Below, in pieces: positions 59,147-64,000 of a stretch of 64,000 bases of DNA (positions are counted from its first letter, which is position 1; each line of letters starts with the position of its first letter). Source of the DNA: Cetorhinus maximus (taxonomy: Eukaryota); NCBI RefSeq assembly GCF_964194155.1, contig NC_135901.1, positions 24,614,001 through 24,678,000 on the forward strand, written 5' to 3'. The position numbers and the translations under genes are program-made. The notes under the pieces are model-generated. The model had not been told where the DNA came from, made no database searches, and saw only the letters and a program-made list of their open reading frames with translations.

Positions 59147-59905
59147 TGTCATGAAGCTATTAATGTCTATAATATTTTGGAAAATATTTTTCTTTTAAAA
59201 TAGAGGCTTGGTCTGCGGGCATGTCTTAATTGGCTTAAAGCCAGTTAGTCTGGGTGCTTTGAAATGTGCTCATTCTGTTATGTAACAGATAGCATGAATT
59301 TGCATTTTTTCAATAGATCATTCAACAAGTGGGGAGAAAATTGACACTTTTCTAGCAGGTGCCAAGCAATATGTTCATATTACTCATAAGATTGGTCTTA
59401 TGAAAGGAGTTTCATTAGTAAAAGGTGAAGTTCAAAGAGATTGTTGATACAATGAGAATTAACATTCAATGGGGCTGGTAGGTATAATTTCTGTAGTTTT
59501 CAGGTGTGCAGGCAGAGGCAACGTAAGGTCAAAAGGCAGCTCCAAGCCTCCAACTGGCTCCAAGGTAAAAATAAGATCATTTTGAATTCGTGAGGTGAAA
59601 ATGCTTTGCCTGGTGTTTGGTTAAGTCTATGGTGTTGCCTTAATGGAGACTAGTTCGGGAATTTGTTAAAAACTATAACAGCAATAATTTGTAGCCATGT
59701 GTATATGTTTTAACCTGTGTAAATTAATAAATGTTTCAATTAGTTTAATGTAAAACCTCGAGAACTGATGGTCTGATCCCTGAATTTAAGGCCGCACCTC
59801 AAACATAACACTCAAAATTATAGGTTATGACAGTTGTTTAAAGTTTAAAGTTTCCCTCTGGGATTTTTAAATAACTATACTTCATCAACTGCATTGGTCA
59901 TAACA
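59147..59905 (+). mobile_element. Solo LTR (probably Gypsy-type)
   Basis: TGTCATGA...TCATAACA termini, flanks TCAA/ACAA, AATAAA at 59726. Confidence 0.6.
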
Positions 59906-60568
59906 ACAAATAAACACTGGATCGACCTGCATCAAGAAATTCAACCAGCCTGCGACATAGGAAATCTATATGCTATGTAGTGTGCTATTGGATGAACAGG
60001 GCACTTGGTTTGACCATCACCAAAGTTGACTCCCACTGAAATCTTATGGTGAAGTGCTCACCAACAGAAGTAATCAGATGTCCTGCTGGGTTGAACATTA
60101 CTGTGATCTGTACACCCATGAGATGGACATCTCCCAGTCTCTGTTTAACTCTCAAGTAACTTCCTGTCATGGTTAGTTGGACAAGGAACCCTCATCACTC
60201 GAGCTTGAAAAGGCAATTGATTATTCAGCAAACAGGAAGTCACCTGGCTTAATTGAATTCCAGCTGAACTGCTCAAGCACGGAAAGTCCCATCTATTGTT
60301 AGCACCCCCTTCTTTGTTGGGAGGTAGGAACCATTCCACATGCGTGACACAAAAATCATCATAATAACCAAAAACAAAAGGTGACAGAAGAGATTGTGAC
60401 TACAGGGCCAACTCACTCATTAGTGTCACTAGGAAGTCCTTCACTAGGGTCATGTTTTAAAGACTTTATCTTTTTGCAGACCGAGTCTATGGAGAAGCAC
60501 AGTCGTGTTTCTTGCTGGTAGTTCTACAGTGGACATGATCTTCTCCATACACCAGCTACAAAAGAAGT
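59906..60568 (+). mobile_element. RTE LINE fragments
   Basis: LEKAID..ANRKSPGL..IPAELLKHGK and STVDMIFSIHQLQKK. Confidence 0.65.
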
Positions 60569-60574
60569 TGGAAG

Positions 60575-63500
60575 AAGAAGAAAGGAAGAGCAATAGTGAT
60601 AGGGGATTCGTTAGTTAAGGGAACAGAGAGGTGTTTCTGCGGCTGTCGACATGACTCCAGGATGGTATGTTACCTTCCTGGTGCCAAGGTCAAGGATGTC
60701 ACCGAGTGGGTGCAGGATATTCTTCTGGGGGAGGGTGAACAGCCAGAGGTCGTGGTCCACGTTGGTACCAATCACTTAAGTAGGAAGAGGGATGTTGTCC
60801 TGCAGACAGAATTTAGGGAGCTAGGTAGAAAATTAGCAAGCAGGACCTCAAATGTATTATTCTCCATATTACTTCCAGTGTCATGTGCAAGTGAGTATAG
60901 AAATAGGAGGATAAGGCAGATGAATGTGTGGCTGGAAAGATGTTGCACGAGGGAGGGCTTTAGATTCCTGGGACTGGCTCTGAGGGAAGATGGCACCTGT
61001 ACAAGCCGGAAGTGTTGCAGGTGAACAGAGCCAGGACTGAGCTCTTTGAGGTGTGTCTTGTCCTGTTGGGGGGACAGGGTGGACGGGGGGGACGGGGGGG
61101 GGGGGGGGGGGGTGCGGGGGTGCTTCAAACTAATTCAGCAGGGCTGTGGGAACCAGGAGAAAATATTAGAGAGTAATACCAAGATGCACAAAATACTGGG
61201 AGAGACAGATAACACTAGAATAGCAAATAGGGAGTGAGGGAGAAAGTAACACACAAAATCAGGGTTATACTATATATATATATATATGTGAATGCACAGA
61301 GTATAGTAGATAAGATTGCTGAGTTACAGCCACAGATTGCCAGGTGGAAATATTATGTTGTGGCAATAACAGAGACCTGGCTCAGGGAAGGGCAGGACTG
61401 GGTGTTAAATATTCCTGGGTACAACGTGTTGAGGAAAGATCGGGCAAGAAGAAAAGCAGGATGGGTGGCTGTATTGATTAAGGAAAGCATTGCAGTACTG
61501 GAGAAAGAGGATGTTCCAGAGGCTTCAAGGACAGAATCAATTTGGCTAGAGCTAAGGAACAAAAAGGGTGCAATTACATTGCTCAGTGTAGCCTATAGAC
61601 CACCAACTCGTGGGAAGGATGTAGAGGAACAAATTTGCAGGGAAATAGCAGAAAGGTGCAAACATTATATAGTAGTTATAATGGTGGACTTTAATTTCCT
61701 GAATATAGACTGAGATAGTGGTAGTATAAAGAGTAGAGAGGAGCAAGAGTTCCTAGGGTGTGTTCAGGCAAATTTTTTACAGCATGTGTCCAGTCCAACA
61801 AGAAAGAAAGCACTGCTAGACCTGGTTCTTGGAAAAGATGTGAGCCAAGTAGATCAGGTGTCAGTGGGGGGATATTCAGGAGACAATGATCATTCTATCA
61901 TAAGGTTTAGGATGATGGTAGAAAAGGACAATGTGCAATCCAGAGTAAGAATAATTAACTGGGGGAGGGCCGACTTCAATAGAGCAAGAACAGAACTGGG
62001 CCGGATAGACTGGAACCAGAGGTTGGTGGGAAGATGTAGCTGAACAATGGGCTACCTTCAAAGAAGAAATGGTTCGAGGTATATTCCCTCAAAAGGGAAA
62101 GGTAGGGCAAACAATTCCAGAGCTCCCTGGATGAAAATTGAGATCGAAATTAAGATAAAGGAGAAAAAGTGTGCCGATGACAGGTGTCAGATAGAAAATA
62201 CAATTGGGAACCAATCAGACTACAGAAGGTTCAAAGGGGAGGTGAAAATGCAAATAAGAGAAGAAAAGAGGGGTCATGAGAAAAAAAAACTGGTAGCCAA
62301 CATAAAGGGGAATGCCAAAGTCTTCTATAGGTACATAAAAGGATGGTAAAAGGAGTAGGGTCGATTCGGGGCCAAAAGGGGGGATTACACATGGAGACAG
62401 GGTGAGGTGTTAAATGAATATTTTGCATTATATTTACCAAGGAAGCAGACGCTATACAGGCCACGGTGACAGAGGAGGAACCTCTGTCACTGGAAGGGTA
62501 CAACATTGATAGGGGGGAAGTGCTGGTTGAACTGTTGGTACTTAAAGTTGACAAGGCACCAGGACTGGATGAGATGCATCCAAGGATATTGAAAGAAGTG
62601 AGAGTGGAATTTGCAAGGGCACTTGCCATAATCGTTCAGTCTTCCTTTGACTCAGGGGAGGTGCCAGAGGACTGGAGAATTGCAAACATTACGCCCTTGC
62701 TCAAAAAATGTTGTAAGGATAAGCCCAACATTTACAGACCAGTCAGTTTAATGTCATTGGTGGGGAAGCTTCCAGAGGAAATTATGCGGGATAGAGTTAG
62801 TCCTCACATGGAAGAATGTGGGTTGATTAGGAAGAGCCAGCAATGATTTCTAAAGGGGAAATCGTGTTTAACAAACTTGCTAGAGTTCTTTGAAGAGGTA
62901 ACAGGGAAGTTTACTGAGGGGAATGCTCTTGATGTGTTTATGGATTTTCAAAAGGCATTCAATACAGTGCTGCACAACAGACATGTGAGAAAAGTTATAG
63001 TTCATGGAATAAAAAGGACAATAGCAACCTGAATACAGAATTGGCTGAGTAATAGGGAACAGAGAGTAATGGTCAATGGATATTTTTCTGGCTGAAGGAA
63101 GGTTTCTAGTGGAGATCCCCAGAGGTCGGTATTGGGACCCTTGCTTTTTGTGATCAATACTAATGATCTAGATCCTGGTGTGCAGGGGACAATTTCAAAG
63201 ATTGCGGATGATACTAAACTTGGAAGCACTGTAAACTGTGAGGCAGACAGCAGAGAGCTTCAAAAGGACATCGGCAAGTTGGTGGAGTGGGCAGACAGAT
63301 GGCAGATGAAGTTTAATGTGGAGAAGTGTGAGATGATGCATTTTGGTAGAAAGAACATGGAGTGGCAATATAAAATAAGGGGTACAATTCTTAAGAGGGT
63401 GCAGGAGCAGAGGGGCCTGGGTGTATATGTGCATAGATCATTGAAGGTGGCAGGACAGGTGAAGAGAGCCGTTAATAAAGCATACAATATTCTGGGCTTT

Positions 63501-64000
63501 TAATGGTGCATAGAGTACAAGAGCAGGGAGATTATGCTGAATTTATATCAGGCACTAGCTAGACCTCACCTGGAGTATTGTGTACAGTTCTGGGTGCCAC
63601 AGTATAGGAAGGATGTGATACATTGGAGAGAGTGAAGATGAGGTTTACAAGAATGGTTCCATGGATGAGAAACTTCAGTTATGAAAATAGATTGGAGAGG
63701 CTGGAACTGTTCTCCTTGGAGAGGAGATTTGATGGAGATGTTCAAAATCATGAGGGGGCTGGATAGAGTAGATGGGGGGAAAACTGTTCCTGCTCATAAA
63801 AGGATAGAGAACAAGAGGGCACTGATTTAAAGTGGTTTACAAAAGAAGCAAATGTGATGTGATAAAAAAAAATCACTCAGCGAGCGGTTCAAGTCTGGAA
63901 TGTACTGCCTGGAAGTGTGGTGGAGGCAAGCTCAATCGAGGCATTCGAGGGCATTGGATGATTATCTGAATAGAAACAATGTGCAAGGCTACACGGGAAA
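60575..64000 (+). mobile_element. Long decayed CR1 LINE: ORF1 SGNH esterase, APE endonuclease, RT
   Basis: IGDSLVKG..LPGAKV..HVGTN, YVNAQSI..VAITETWL, KAPGLDEMHPRILKE, KIADDTK. Many stops and frameshifts. Runs off the window. Confidence 0.92.

Noticed and set aside
60596-61024. Host GDSL lipase/esterase gene
   Set aside because: It lies directly upstream of APE-RT and is the known esterase domain of CR1 ORF1.

Overview
Eukaryotic, repeat-dense genomic DNA, most likely from a shark or other elasmobranch. That call is inferred from SacSINE1/Deu-type SINEs, HER1/CR1 LINEs and MEKPWKC-type zinc-finger genes. The backbone is a tandem cluster of C2H2 zinc-finger genes with no KRAB or SCAN domain visible. 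Three have intact ORFs (21206-22717, 29245-29919, 50140-50814), five are disabled or truncated (6621-7559, 39944-40354, 44191-45280, 47609-48199, 57201-57875), and one is a 3' remnant. Most have a CpG-rich NRF1/YY1/CCAAT/GC-box promoter and a short intron, and two head-to-head pairs are related by an inverted duplication. Between the genes lie CR1, CR1-group, L2, RTE and Tx1 LINE fragments, SINEs, Harbinger and hAT pieces, LTRs and a decayed retroviral RNaseH-integrase. The main signals are: (1) a young Penelope-like (GIY-YIG) family carrying minimal type-I hammerhead ribozymes with a non-canonical CUGYYGA core, inserted repeatedly into ZNF promoters and a first exon, once duplicating about 153 bp of core promoter and once capturing 269 bp of nearby DNA; (2) a near-invariant non-coding block of about 230 bp shared by otherwise diverged ZNF paralogs; (3) an invariant atypical first finger, with a decayed ghost three-finger module upstream in most paralogs. 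All alignments and counts were done by eye, and TE boundaries are approximate unless a TSD is given.
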